Source: Azolla caroliniana
Lineage: Eukaryota; Plantae; Polypodiophyta
DNA: 64,000 nt
Reading direction: 5' to 3'
NCBI GenBank assembly: GCA_043228905.1
Contig: JBHGNT010000002.1
Location: 12,152,001 to 12,216,000, forward strand
In this document: positions 37,312 through 50,900 of the stretch, piece by piece
Position numbering within the stretch: the stretch's first letter is position 1
How the letters are laid out: every line of letters starts with the position of its first letter
Position numbers and translations under genes: made by a program
The notes under the pieces: model-generated
Told to the model about the DNA's origin: nothing
The model's input: only the letters and a program-made list of their open reading frames with translations
Databases searched by the model: none

Positions 37312-37817
37312 TGTCACAGACACACCAAGCGCGGACTAGGATGGGGCACAAATGATGGGGCTACGAGTGACGAATGAACTTGGAGCTAGATGTGATGAGG
37401 CTAGGAACTCTAGATGTTGTGAGCTACATGAGGGCATGAAGATAGAAATAAAGATCAAGGAGACAAAGACGAGGCAAAATGGGAATACTAGATTGATGTG
37501 TCAATGACTGGTGTTGAATCCCTTGAAAGGGACCAAGGAGGTTCAAGTATTTATACATGTTCCGAGATTGAGTATATCTAGAATATACCTGACAAATATC
37601 TCTAGAATATACTCGTCTAGAATACACCATAGAATATTTCTAGAATACACTAAAGGCTCTAGAATATTTTAGAATCTATATATGCTAGAATATACAATAC
37701 TCTATTATAATACAAATACATTCTCATATCCAGATGTTTGAGCATGAGCTCTTGTAGATGTGAGGTTGCAAGTTCGATCCTCACCAACTACGTATTTGAC
37801 GTTATAATGTCGTGACA
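37312..37817 (-). mobile_element. Solo LTR (chromovirus-like) in copia gag
   Basis: TGTCAC...GTGACA; 5-bp TSD CTATG/CTAGG; TATA on the minus strand at about 37548; many CTAGAA motifs. Confidence 0.78.
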
Positions 37818-38531
37818 CTAGGCCTCCGATTCTACTCTTGCCGGCCGCTTCTATTGCGTGTTGACCCATCTCATCCTCCATGCCCATGGGGCCAATCTGC
37901 CTCCGTGTATAACATACGGCTATCCGATTGAGTGGTCCTTGACCCACTCACGTGGTTTTCGTCGACCATGAGCAACGATTGTAGGTCGAAGAAGGACAAT
38001 GGCTTCTCCCGGGTGCAAATTTCCATCCAGATTGGCCGGTATCGTTGTGCTAGACCACCGAGGAAGATCTGGACCATCTCGTCTTCGTCCACCATCACAT
38101 TGATGGACCCGAGCGCGTCACATATCTCCTTGATTTTGGTGGTGTAGTCGGTGATCGACATGTCCCGTTGCAGGATACTGTTGAGCTCTTGCTGGAGCTG
38201 CAACTTCCGAGCCGTGGTACTTGCAACGAAAATCTTCCAGAGATTTTCCCAGGCCTCCTTCGGTGACTTTGCGTCTTTGATGTAGCCAAGCATCTGGTCG
38301 TGCACACTCTGCGTGCTCCTTGCTCCCATACTGGGAAGTCCCTATGTGCTGAATCCAGCGTTGCTTCATTTGTCCCTTCCATGTAGCTCCAGTATCCGTG
38401 CCCCAACAGGTACTGGTGCATTTTATACGACTAGGACGCATAGTTGCTCTGGTCGAGCTTTTCTGTAGGAAGCGAGCTTGCAATGCTTTTGTCCATATCT
38501 TTCTTTTCTCTTATGTTCTTTACTGGTGATT

Positions 38532-39047
38532 AGGGTTTTTTTGTTTCGAGCAGTTGTTGGCAGTAGAGGTTCTCAACCCTCGCGCTTTGATACCATGAAA
38601 AGAGTAGCATGCAGAAGCTTATAGATGAAACTGGCTTTACCGGATAGTAACAAAGAGTAAGCATAGGCTCAATGGAAGCTTCGGAACAAAGAATACACAA
38701 GAGAGGGTTTTTTTGTTTCAAGCAGTTGTTGGCAGTAGAGGTTCTCAACCCTCGCGCTTTGATACCATGAAACGAGTAGCATGCAGAAGCTTATAGATGA
38801 AACTGGCTTTACCGGATAGTAACAAAGAGTAAGCACAGGCTCAATGGAAGCTTCAGAACAAAGAATACACAAGAGAGGGTTTTTTTGTTTCGAGCAGTTG
38901 TTGGCAGTTGAGGTTCTCAACCCTCGCGCTTTGATACCATGAAAAGAGTAGCATGCAGAAGCTTATAGATGAAACTGGCTTTACTGGATAGTAACAAAGA
39001 GTAAGCACAAGCTCAATGGAAGCTTCAGAACAAAGAATACACAAGAG
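38532..39047. repeat. 172-bp tandem triplication spanning U5-PBS-leader
   Basis: Units start at 38532, 38704 and 38876; each contains GCTTTGATACCA. Confidence 0.93.
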
Positions 39048-39829
39048 AGATAGAGAGAGCAAAATAGCATAAACTAAATTAAAACATAATAACACTCTTT
39101 ACATACAAATGTCCTATAGAACACTTTTTATATAAGTCCTTAAAAGGACTAACAGAAGTACTGACAAGTACTTCAATGCCCATACGAGCGACTAACACTA
39201 ACTCCAAGGAATATGCCTACCTACTAGGCTAAGATTGTAGGCCTCTAATGGCCTATCAATTACAATTTGATCTGTCTCTTGGTTCCGGACACCAATCCGG
39301 ACACCAATCCGGTTCTCCGTTCCGGATACCGATCCAGCTCCGAGTTAATAAACTGATCCGGATCTGATTGAGCTTGTCTGCTCAACAACACATTGTATGT
39401 ATAGAGTCTTTGAGTAATTTTGAATTTGAGTTTTGTTCTGCCCTAACTTTGAATCTCCCATTGTTGTCCGCCGGAGTCAGACAAGTGGGATACGAGATGA
39501 GGGACCAAGTCAGACTAATGGATAAGCGTAGCATAGTAATGATGGAAGTGTAAACATTATGTAACGATTCATGCACTGAGAGTAACCATCCACGCCCTGT
39601 ATGTAAAGGGCATGGGAACCTTGTAAAAGGGTAGCGTAGTGTTGAGTGTCGAACTCAACCTCCCATAGAGATAGGTTTCACACTAGCTCATGGACATACC
39701 AGGCTAGTCTTGTAAATAGTAGAAAGGGCCCTTGCCCTAGTTTAGTTGGTATTTAAACCAACCCCTTGTAACTTAGTTACTGTTGGAAGTATTTTGGTTA
39801 ATGTAACATACATTCTTTTATCTCTGTCA

Positions 39830-39875
<46 letters not shown>

Positions 39876-40936
39876 GTTTTGCCTTATGTACACACACACA
39901 CACAGAGACCTTCCGCTGCATCTCAGCCACTCTTGCTCCTCATTTCTTTACGTGGTATCAGAGCGTGTGGTTGCTTAATCGAATCTATTCAACTGTGTTG
40001 TGGTACACGCCGACGATCAACAGAACCGGTTCATCAACAGAGAAGAAATCGACATAATGAACACTAAGATGGGAAGGGCTCTTCCTACCGAGAAGCTTGA
40101 CAAAATGAATTTCGCATCTTGGGAAATACAAGATGCATCAATACCTTGTCAAACAAGGTTACTGGAGATACATTGAAGGAGCTCACGAAACTCAACCCAA
40201 CCCAACACACGCCGACTATCCCACTTGGGAGCATGCCGCAAGCTGTGTGTTGTATTGCCTTGCATCATGCGTTCATCATCATATGCTTGGCTATATTCGA
40301 GATTCGAAAACACCGAAAGAAGCTTGAGGAAATCTCAAGAAGATTTTTGCGGCCAACACGGCTGCACGAAAGCTCCAACTTCGATAGGAGCTAAACAACA
40401 TGCAACATAGGAACATGTCGATCACATGCTATACCTTAAAGATCAAGGAGCTGTGCGATGCCCTCAGTTTGATTAATGTTGTAATCGACGATGACGAGAT
40501 GGTGCAAATATGCCTCGACGGCTTAGCACCCTGATTTGGATCGATTAGATCGACGATCCTTGCAAGAGAGAACCCTGCTTCATTTTTCGATCTCCAATCA
40601 ATATTGTTGGTTGAGGAAAATCACGCCCGACAAAGGAGCAATGCACCAGAGGGTCATATGCTCTACTCCCAGTCGGATGATAGAAGAAATTTCAGCCGTG
40701 GAAATAAAGATCGATCCGAACAAGGCAATAATGGTCAGCAGACTCAAGAGCGTAACTCCCACCAATGGCAAGCGGACAGGAACAATCCTAGAGAGTTCGG
40801 CAGAAGAGGGAGCCATCACGCCGGACTGAGCAATCGTAACAACCCGATCGAATGCAGGTACTGTGGAAAACACGGCCACAATGAAGAGGAGTGCTAGAAA
40901 AAGGTACGAAACTTGGCTTCAACTAGCCGACAGCTC

Positions 40937-41080
40937 ACAAACTACGCATCAAACTCCGACTACGACAATCGTAGCGGAATGTTCATGAATTACGCATCGA
41001 ATTCCAACTACTACGATGAAGCAGAATGTTTACAAATTACGCCACGAATTCTAGCTACGACGACCGTGGCGGAATGTTCA
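40937..41080 (+). repeat. In-frame degenerate triplication (NYASNSDYDxRxGMF) between zinc knuckle and protease
   Basis: AAYTACGC..C.AAYTC....TAC...GAATGTT occurs three times. Confidence 0.75.
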
Positions 41081-41780
41081 TAATGAGGCACGAAGCACAC
41101 TCGATGTCAGCACGGGCCTCAACTAGTGCCTCCGCCTCAAATAACGTATGGTTTGTTGACTCAGGAGCATCTAACCACATGATGTCTCATGAAGATTGGT
41201 TTCGGGAATTACGAAAACCCAAATGACCCGGATATGTCAAGACATGTGATGTCACGACTCATCCAATACAACATATCCGGAACGTCCCATTCAGAAACAA
41301 CGACAAACAAACCTATCTCAAGAACGTACTGCATGTCCCTACCATCACGAAAAAACTGGTCTTGGTCGGCTAGATTGTCGAATAAGGAATGCAGGTACGA
41401 TTTAACAACGACGAGTTCCTCATTGAAAGGGGCGGACAAGTCGTAGCCCACGGTCGACGAGAAGGCCGTATGTTTATCCTCGAATCAAACGAGGTAAAGT
41501 CAGCCATTTTCGCAAAGGGCCTTAAAGTTGAAACTGACATAAATATGTGGCACAAGAGAATTGGCCACATCAATCTCCAGAAGCTTCAGAACATGCAATC
41601 AAAAGGAGTCGTAATCGGACTCCTGAATTTTACCGTGAAGGAGATTACGGGCGTATGTGAAGCGTGCCAGTTCGGAAAGCAACGCCGACATCCATTCCCA
41701 AAAGAACGAAATGTGAGCAAAGGGATCCTGGATGTCGTACATTCAGATGTATGGGGACCAGCCCAGATAAGCACACTCGG

Positions 41781-41818
41781 TGTCATGATATGGCAAGACT
41801 CGAACCCATAACCTTATG
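41781..41818 (+). mobile_element. First 38 bp of the chromovirus LTR family seen at 19841
   Basis: TGTCATGATATGGCAAGACTCGAACCCATAACCTTATG. Confidence 0.8.
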
Positions 41819-44540
41819 TGTTAGCCAGCCGGCATGGAGTGGAGGACAGTCCAGAAATAATCAGAGGTTGTTATTAGGATATTAAGTAATTAAGTAGATT
41901 TTAGAGAACTGAACGGACGGACCGGAATCGGTATGCCGATCCGGATCCGGACCGGTTCATATTGGTGTGCCAGTTGGCACCGTTTTGTAGGCAGGGCCAG
42001 TGATCTATAAAAAGGCCCGGTTACATTGTAAATGACGATGGATAATTAATAAAGCTCTATTGTCTTATCTCTGTGTATTGATTACCATTCTATGCTAATT
42101 ACTTTCTATCTTACACATGTATTAAGATTAAGGATCTATTGCTTAAGTAACCGATTAAGGTCTGATTAATCGTCGGTCTAACTCTGTTTCACCGTAACAC
42201 CCTTTGGTGAAGTGTCTTCTACAGACACCCTATGTTAGGCTATTGTCCAGCCCTAAGGAGTAACACAGTTTTTGGCGACCACGATTCTTGCATAAGCGCA
42301 ACGAACAGCGGCGGGAATGGATGACTAGACCAGCGAGCAGACCGGTTACGGATCGAGCAAGGAGACTCGCTGAGCGGCTGCGGAAGTGAGAGGCCTTCAA
42401 GCAAGTGGCGGAAGAAATTTGTTCGGATCAATCATTTTCCAAAGTGATCCGGCAAGTGGTTGAGGAGTCACTCCGTTTGCAACAAGATTTCCACCCCGAC
42501 GAAGGAAGCAGCTTGAGTAGTCTTCGGGAAACGGAACCCCTGCTGCAGGCATTAGCTGCAGGAGATGGCGATTCAGAACCATTTTTGGCCTTTGAATCGG
42601 ACTCGGACGACGAATATAGCGCTCATTCTAATTACTGCAGCAGTCACGACACCCCAGACGGACCGGTGGAAGAGGAATCAGATACCTCACCAACACCGGA
42701 ACCAGAATTGACAGGGCTGGAAGCCACAGATCGGCCAATGACTGAGCAAACCCCAACAACCAAAGCAGAGGTGGAAAGACCTCCCACAGAGGAAGAAAGA
42801 ACTCCGACAGAGGAGGCGGAGAGACCTCCGACGGAGGAGGAAGAGAGACCTCGGACACCACTAGCCCGCGTTCCAACACCGGACGACGACATGTCGTTTC
42901 AATATCCCAAGTATCGGGATGATCCGGACGTAGAGGCCCACGTCTATGCATTTCAGCAGACCTGGAAAGCGAATCATGTGTCACAACACTTAACCGTGGC
43001 CAAAGCAGAACGCTCAAAGATGGCGGAGTTCGGCATGACCCTGGGGGGGCCCGCCGCTAGATGGCGCCTGACACAAGATCCCAATACCATCACGGAGAAA
43101 ACTAAATTTTTTCATTTTTTTCACAAGGAAGTGGATCAACGAGAAATGGTCGGCCTATTCTATACCATTAGGCAGGAGCCCACAGAGAACATTCAACAAT
43201 TTGTAATCCAATTCCAGAGAATGCCCAGCCAACTCAGTCGAGCACCACCGGAGGAAGAGACAAAGGCGATATTCCTAGAAGCACTCTGGGAACCCCTACG
43301 AACGGTGTGCACAATTATTGATTTCCACACGAGTTCCGTCGACCAGGTCATAGACCGAGTCAGGGAAATGGAAAACTCCAGCTCATGGCTGACGATGGGG
43401 GCACTCCAAAGAAGGTTACCGACTGATGAAGACCTCCGCTTTCGACAAGTAGTTCAATGTATGACTTGCATGAATGCCGGACATTCGGCGTTGGAGTGCA
43501 CCATGCGTTCTCAATGCCTGCTTTGCCATTCTAGAAACCACACAATGGATCGGTGCGAGTATAACTTGCTGAATCGGCAAGCACCACTGGTCCGGTAAAT
43601 CGAACCACGAAGCAACCAGAAGGAGGAAGAAGAGTGCTGGCGGCGAGAGGAGCGTTACCGGCTGGCACAAGATGTCCGGTACGGTGATCGAAGAAACGCT
43701 TATGACCGCGACCGGTATGATAGATATGATAGATATCGGGACTATAATGGGGAACGGAATGAGCATTACAACCGGGATCACTCCCCCTGTTACAACCCCC
43801 AAAGGGAGGACTATGGCAAGTACGATGACCGACTCCGACAGGATTTCTGGAACAAAAAGAATTTCAACAAAAAATGGCATTTCAATAAAAAAGGGGGTCA
43901 CCAACGGGAGCCAGAACTGGGTACATCAAGCAACCAACCGGACCAAGGCCAAGAACTTACCACAGAACCTCAACCAGGTGCCGGGGTGAAAGCAGAATCC
44001 AGCAACATCCGGAAGGCATACTGCTACTATTGCCGACAAGAGGGACACTACAGTAACCAATGTCCGGTGAAAAGCTACGATAAGAGACTAGCGGTAAACA
44101 TGGTGGTAGCGGAGGTTGCGGACATACAACAAGTGACCACGAGGGCAAAAGGAAAATCAACGGAATTGGAAACCCAAGAAGCCATTCGGAAGCAGGCCAC
44201 GGAATGGGTAAAGAAGGCAAACGAGTAGAATGTGGCAGAATTGGAACAACAAAAGGAGAACCTAGAGGAACTAACAGGCAATAGCCAAGCGGAAAACCCA
44301 ACATGGCAGGCGTTGCAAGAATGCCAAATCATGTTGCCATTAGGTCGGCTATTGGAGTTAGTACCTCGGTTTACGAAAGGACTGAAGACAGGAATGACTG
44401 CGGTTGGCACGCCACCGGCTCCGGCATTCTTTTCTAATCCGGAGGAAGGACCGACGGTAGTGGACACGAGCAGTCCGGCTATCACAACCATCGTCAAGGG
44501 ACGAGAGCTACCCGGAATGATTATAGACGGAGGATCTGGC
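41819..44540 (+). mobile_element. Non-chromovirus gypsy 5' part: LTR 41819-42199, gag 42405-43598, zinc knuckles, start of protease
   Basis: TGTTAG...GTAACA; FQYPKYRDDPDVEAHV; CMTC..GH..C/CLLCH..NH..C; CYYCRQEGHYSNQC; IIDGGSG. Confidence 0.82.
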
Positions 44541-47500
44541 TTTGTATCTTGGGGGGTTGCCGGCATCTCCCGGTTTCAACTTGTACACCCACTTGTTTCG
44601 GAGTGCCCGCTTACCTTTCGGCAACTCCACCAATTCGTACGTATGGTTCTCATGCAGGGAATCCATCTCATCCTGCATGGCACTTAACCATTTGTGGCTA
44701 TGGGCGTCACTTTTAGCTTCCTTGAAGCTTTCTGGCTCGCCTCATCGGTTAGCAGCACATGCTCTGCATCTGGAAATCTCTGGGGGGGCCTTCTCTCTCT
44801 AAGAGGATATCTCCGTCTTTGTCTTTCGGAAATCGGCTCCTCTATTTGTTCTTCATCCGAATCCGATTCGGGGTCTTGGCCGGTTCAGGTTTCACCTATT
44901 CCTTCTTCTTCGGCCTGTCTTGTCTCCTTACCGTCACCGGGCGGTTCATCGAGTGCTAACCAGTCTCTTGCCGGTTGGGTTCACTCATCGTAGAATCGAT
45001 CCTTACCGGTCGACTCAGAGTTCATTATCTTCTTCTCTGACTCCCAGTCAGTGAGCATCTTGTCCTCCATGAAGATAATATCTCAACTCCGGAATACCTT
45101 CTTGTCGGCCAGGTCCCACACTCGGTAGCCGAACTCATCGTCGCCGTAACCGAGGAATATGTTGGCCGGGTCTTCGGATCTAATTTTCCTCTCTGTTCCT
45201 TAGCTACATGCACATACGCAAGACACCCGAATACCTTCAGATGCCAGTAGGACACTTCCTTACTGGTCCAGACTCTTTGTGGCGTGTCTCCGTCCAAGGG
45301 TACTGAGGGTGATCTGTTTATCACATATGTCGCCGTCGATAGTGCCTCAGCCCAAAACTTCTTGGGTAGTTTTGCATGCGCCAGCATACTCCGGACCCTC
45401 TCCATTATGGTCCGGTTCATCCTCTCTGCCAGCCCGTTTAGTTCCGGTGTCTTCGGTAGGGTAAATTCGAGCCGGATTCCCTTCGAGCGGCAGTACTCCT
45501 TGAACTGCCCCCGGTATTCTCCTCCGTTATCTGCTCGAACCGCCTTCAGCTTCCAGCCGGTTTCTCTTTCTACTCTCGCGTGGAGTTCTTTGAAGAAGAA
45601 TAGCACCTGATCCTTCGTCTTCAACGGTGTGGCCCACAGCTTCTGGTTGTGGTCATCTATGAACGTCACGAAGTACTGCAATCTAGCATGTGACTTCGTG
45701 TCCACTTGACACACATCAGTATGCACCAACTCTAGTGGTGCATTACGTCTCATCGGTGGCCTTGGTCGGAAGGAGGTCCGGTTTTGCTTACCGGCCAAAC
45801 AATCAATGCACTTCTCCAAGTGCACGTTCTTCACTGGAATGAGGTTATTGTCTGCAAGCCTCTTCATTCCCTTCTCACTCATGTGACATAGCCTCTTGTG
45901 CCACAGCTCACCGGCAGTGTCGGAAGCCATGTTCACTTCTTTCGGGCATAACCGGGCATTCATCAAGTACAACGTGTTGACCTTCCGAGCTCGAGCCACT
46001 ATCAGGCTCCCTTTGTTGAATTTCATGACTCCATTCCGGATGCTACCCGTGTAGCCTTCATCATCTAGCCGATCGGCTGATATCAGGTTCAGTAGAACCT
46101 CCAGAACGTGTCGGACATCCTTCAGCAACAACTTGCATCTGGTTGGTGTTGTCAACCACACGTCTCCTATGCCGACAATTCGGCATGTACCTTCATTCCC
46201 CATCCGGACACAACCATGATCACTAGCTGTGTAGGATGAGAAGTATTTACGGTCCGGGGTAAGGTGGAACGACGCTCCGGAATCAACAACCCACGTGATC
46301 TTGTCGCCGGCAAGGTTCAAGTCACTCTCCTCAGTGATGAGCATCAACTCTTCTTCACTTGCCGTGATTGCCGTCGTTCCCTTCCGGTCTGTTCCCCTGC
46401 GGTCTTTACCGTTCCGGTCCGGTGTCCGCTTCGAATCGGTACCGTCAGTTTCCTTGTCTTTTCAGAAGTGCCGACAGTTCTTCTGGAAGTGTCCCGGCTT
46501 GCTGCAATAGAAGCAGGTAGGCCTCCGCCTTGACTTTGACCGTGTCCCCGACTTTTCCCGGTTTTGGGGACTACGGTTCCTTTGTCTTCCACGTTCCGAT
46601 TCAGTAAGGAGCGCTTTGGAGTTAGAGCTCGTATCCTTATCTTTCCGACGCGCCTCCTCATCTAGCAAGCTCGACTTCACTCTTGCTAGGGATAACCGTT
46701 TCCCTTCCGGCCCTGTGTTGCCCAAAGTGACAACCAACGTCTCCCAGCTATCCGGGAGGGAACCGAGTAGGAGTAGTGCTAGTACCTCATCGGCGAGAGG
46801 TACTTCTAATGATGTTGCCTGGTGTATCAGCCCTTGGAAGGCATTCATGTGCTCCGTCATGCTGGAGCCATCTTGGTACCTGAGTCTTACTAGCTTCCGA
46901 AATACCGAAACCTGATTAACAACATTTTTGTTCTGAAACATAATGCCGATCTTCTCCCAGAGCTCATGAGTCTTGCTCTCTTCATTGAAGTTGTTGTATA
47001 GACTCATGTCAATGAAGCACCGTATGTACGCCGTTGTCTTCATGTGCATCACCTCCCATATCGTGGCATCGATTTTGTCCGGTCTCTTGTCCCCGAACTG
47101 AACCGGTAACCAAAGATCTTTAACCACAAGCATGTCCCTCATCTTCGACTTCCACACTGAGTAGTTCGAGCCGGTGAGCTTGGACATGCCTCCCAACGAA
47201 TCATCCATTTTTCTGTGTCGTTTCGCTCTGATACCAGTTTGACACGAAATATGCGGATTAATCTCCGGCCACAACCGAAGCGTAGATCACTTGATGACAA
47301 TCATAAACAGACGAAGTGGGAATGGAAGTAAGTAGACAAAACAGAAAGAGAATACACAAGATATTAACGTGGAAAACCCTGAGAGGGAAAAACCACAGGA
47401 GCCCTCCGACTGCAAAATATCACTATATCAAGATTACAACAATGGGGCATAGAGGCAATGACCACTTGCTCCCTCTCTTCACCACCAAGCAGTTACAACA

Positions 47501-47929
47501 GAGGCAACAACCTCTTCCTCTCTCTCTCTCTCTCTTTCTATCTCACTCTGTACACGGTTGCGCTCTGAATTATCGCCACAACGATAATAATACAACCAAC
47601 TCTACATCATGCTTCTTAAGTTTGCCCTAGGTCATATTTATACTGATATGACTTTCAGGCTATTTACAAATATAGCCCCAATGGGCTCTCTGGAACATAT
47701 TTACATATGTCCCTTCCATCCGATGAAAGGTTCTCACCGGGCCTGCAACATCTGGTTCTCACCGGAGTCTTCCTTGCTGGGTACTCGTCATCTGGTTCTC
47801 ACCGGGTCTTTCGTTGCCGGGTACTCCACATCCGGTTCTCACCGGGTCTTTCATTGCTGGGTACTCCACATCCAGTTCTCACCGGGTCTTCCATTGCCGG
47901 GTACTCGACACTTCTCATCCAGAGGGAGC
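44535..47929 (-). mobile_element. Ty1/copia 5' half: LTR 47240 to about 47929, PBS 47225-47236, gag, PR, integrase, start of RT
   Basis: Perfect GCTCTGATACCA; ORFs 46462-47274 and 45025-46347 (WVVDSGAS, ADNGGEY); RT start WLSAMQDEM...RYKAR. Confidence 0.92.
47749..47910. repeat. About 40-bp tandem repeat x4 in LTR U3
   Basis: CATCCGGTTCTCACCGGGTCTT...GGGTACTC units. Confidence 0.85.
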
Positions 47930-50900
47930 TGTGATGGGTTGATGCGATGAATGAGGAAATGGAAGCATTATGCCAAAACGAGACATGGGATGTCGTCCCT
48001 CACACGTCGCACAAGAAAGCGATTGGCTGTTGATGGATTTACAAAGTGAAACACAATGCCGACGGCTCCATAAATCTCTTTAAAGCACAACTCGTTGAGA
48101 AAGGATACACGCAAACGCCGAGATTAACAAAGTCAAATCACTTCTCTCCGACAGATTTGAAATGAAAGACCTGCACGATCTCCATTACTTCCTAGGCATC
48201 GAAGTAATTCGAACACTAGTCAGAATAATGATCTCTCAATGGCACTACGTTCTCAACTTGCTCTCCAAGTTCAGAATGACCAAATGCAAACCTATGTCCA
48301 CCCCTCTCGATTGTAATTTCAAGATGGATGTCGATTCTGGCACAGCTATGTGCGAGTCAACTTAATATCATCAAATGATTGGCAACTTAATCTATCTCAC
48401 CATTACGCGACCCGATCTCAGTTATTCGGTCGGCCTACTTAGCCAATTCATGCAGAATCTGCGAAACCTTCATCTCAATTGCGCTAAGAGGATACTCTGG
48501 TATGTCAGTATTATGATGGATTACGGCGTTATGTACAAGTCAAATACGACCATTTGACTCGAAGGTTACACAGATGTGGACTAGGCAGGATACAAAGAGG
48601 ATAGACGATCCACATCCGGATTCGTCTTCTCCCTTGGCAGCGGAGTGATCTCCCAAGGCAGTAAGAAGCAGCCGACAGTCGCATTGTTGAGCACGGAAGC
48701 CGAATACAGGGGCGCAATAGTCGCCGCATGCGAATCCGTTGTTGTGTTACTACGCTTTTGCGGGTGAAATGAGATGGGACCAAGGAGCGTGAGAGAGGAG
48801 AGAGAGAGTGTTTTGCTAAACACAGTGAAAGAGAGAGAGAGAAAATAGAACAATTCGATTATAACACCAATAACGATTACAACCGGCACATCAGCAACAG
48901 ACCCAACACGGGAGTCCACCCACACACACTCAACCATCACACGCCAAGCACTGAAACGCGAAGGGAGAGCCTCTGATGGAAGCGCATGGGCTGTCCACGA
49001 AGAAGAGGCGACGATCTCCAAAACCCGCAAAGAATGAAAACCGAAGGAGGAGAGAGAGAGCTCGGTACACGGTTTGGCAACACTTCGTCCTTGCTAACGC
49101 ATGGTGGTTCTGTTCTTCCGTATATAGGTCATTAGGGGGAGTCCGTTCTCCTTCACTCACAGTCACATTACTTTATTCTCTGTCCCTTCGGACAGAGATA
49201 CACATTGATTTCCTAATAAATGTGTCGCACCTAGTATATTTACATCAGCCGCCCTACACATAATTACGTACAAGTTATCAATTCACACGCCCACACATGG
49301 AAGGGCCGGATCGTGTAAGATTTCTTTCGTTTCCTCCTAGGGACGGTTTTCTCCACGACATCCACCCCTACCAAACCGCGCGTCCACCGGTACGCGCCAG
49401 ATACAACACTTGCCGGAGAAAACCAGCCCGCTATCACCCGTCACTGCCCAATTCATCATTCATTTCGAGCCAGTCGTCGTCGTCAGTTGCGCATTCGGGG
49501 TCTAGCTCTTCCTCTTGCCGCTTCTTGAATACCTTGACCCTTTTTCCTACTACCGGCACCGCCATCCGTGTCCCGTCGAGCTCCGCAAGATGGTACGTGC
49601 CATTGTCATTCGCACTCGTTACCGCATAGGGCCTAAACCACCTCCTCGCAAACTTACCCACCGCCTTGTGCTGATTGTTGAGGCTGCTTTCGTACACCAG
49701 CACCCACACACCTTCCTCAATCTTCCTCGGCCTCAGTCGGTGAGTACGGTCGAACCGACCTTTGTTCTTTTTTCGTGCTGTACGCAGCCTTTCCTTCGCC
49801 CGCTCCACATCTTCCGGTCTTCGCTCGAGTTGCCGGATCCTTGCTGCCAACAACTCTTCCCGGCTCATCTCGTCCTTCCAGTCCATCGCGGCCCACGAAG
49901 TGATCGTTTTCTCCGCCAGCATGATTGGCTTTTGCCCGTGCATCAGCTCCGCTGGCATGAACCCCGTCACCGAACTATGCGTAGTTCGATCCACCCATAG
50001 TGCGTAAGGAAGGAGCCCCGGCCAATTCCCGACCTGTCCTTCGCATGCACGTACTAACACCTTCACAATGGGCCCATGACCACGCTCTACCTTCCTGTTG
50101 GCCTCCGGATTGTACGCCGTAGTGAGGGAGAGTTTGAACCCCAGTCGGTCAAACAACTCTTCAGCCTCTTGCGCGTCTAGTTCTCCGCGGTCGGCAACGA
50201 TCTTTCCTACGCACCCGTACCGACACACCACTTCTTCGATTAGAAATCGGCAGATGGCCGCGGTCGTTTTGTTCTACAACGCTCGGCCTTCCTCCTGGTT
50301 CATCAGGTCCTACTGAGCCAGCACCAGATATCGCATCTGTCCTACCCCCATCGGCATAGTCACTAAATTCACCATCCATTTGAAGTGGACGGTCGGTGGG
50401 TAGGTTGGATGAAGCTCGTCTCGATGCCGGACTGTAGAGTGCATCTGGCAATTCTTACAGGTTGTTACAAAAGGATGCACATCCCGGTACAGCCCCGACC
50501 ACCAATACTTACCCTTGAGCTTCTCGAATGTGGCCCACGTCTTGCGGTGTCCGGCCTAAGGACTCTCTTGATATGCCATAAGCAACGCTTTCTGCTCTGC
50601 TCGTCTTCCCTCGCCACTACGCGGAGTGGGGTGCCGCTACGCTTCTTCGAATGCCTCCATATGCGTCCTCCTCGTAGGAAGAATCGGTACGCCTTCTTCC
50701 GCACCCGATTGGCCTCTTCTCTAGTCCACGCCGTGTTCGGCGTCATCGTCCACAGGAACCTTCCTATTTGGACCCACTCCCCGTCGTATTCGCTCTCGTC
50801 GAACTTGTTAACCGCCAGAGTGCTCCCCGTCCCAGTTGCCACCTTAGCTGACCCGAAGAAGTCCTTGCCGACTTCTTCGTTATCCCAAACCATGCTGTCC

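Larger units (their letters stand above)
24765..39387 (-). mobile_element. Decayed Ty1/copia with both LTRs (24765-25174, 38940-39387) and three nested insertions
   Basis: Collinear gag (38480-37820), protease, integrase (36535-35820), RT (28150-27130) and RNaseH (26030-25810); PBS GCTTTGATACCA; possible TSD TCACA/ACACA. Confidence 0.82.
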
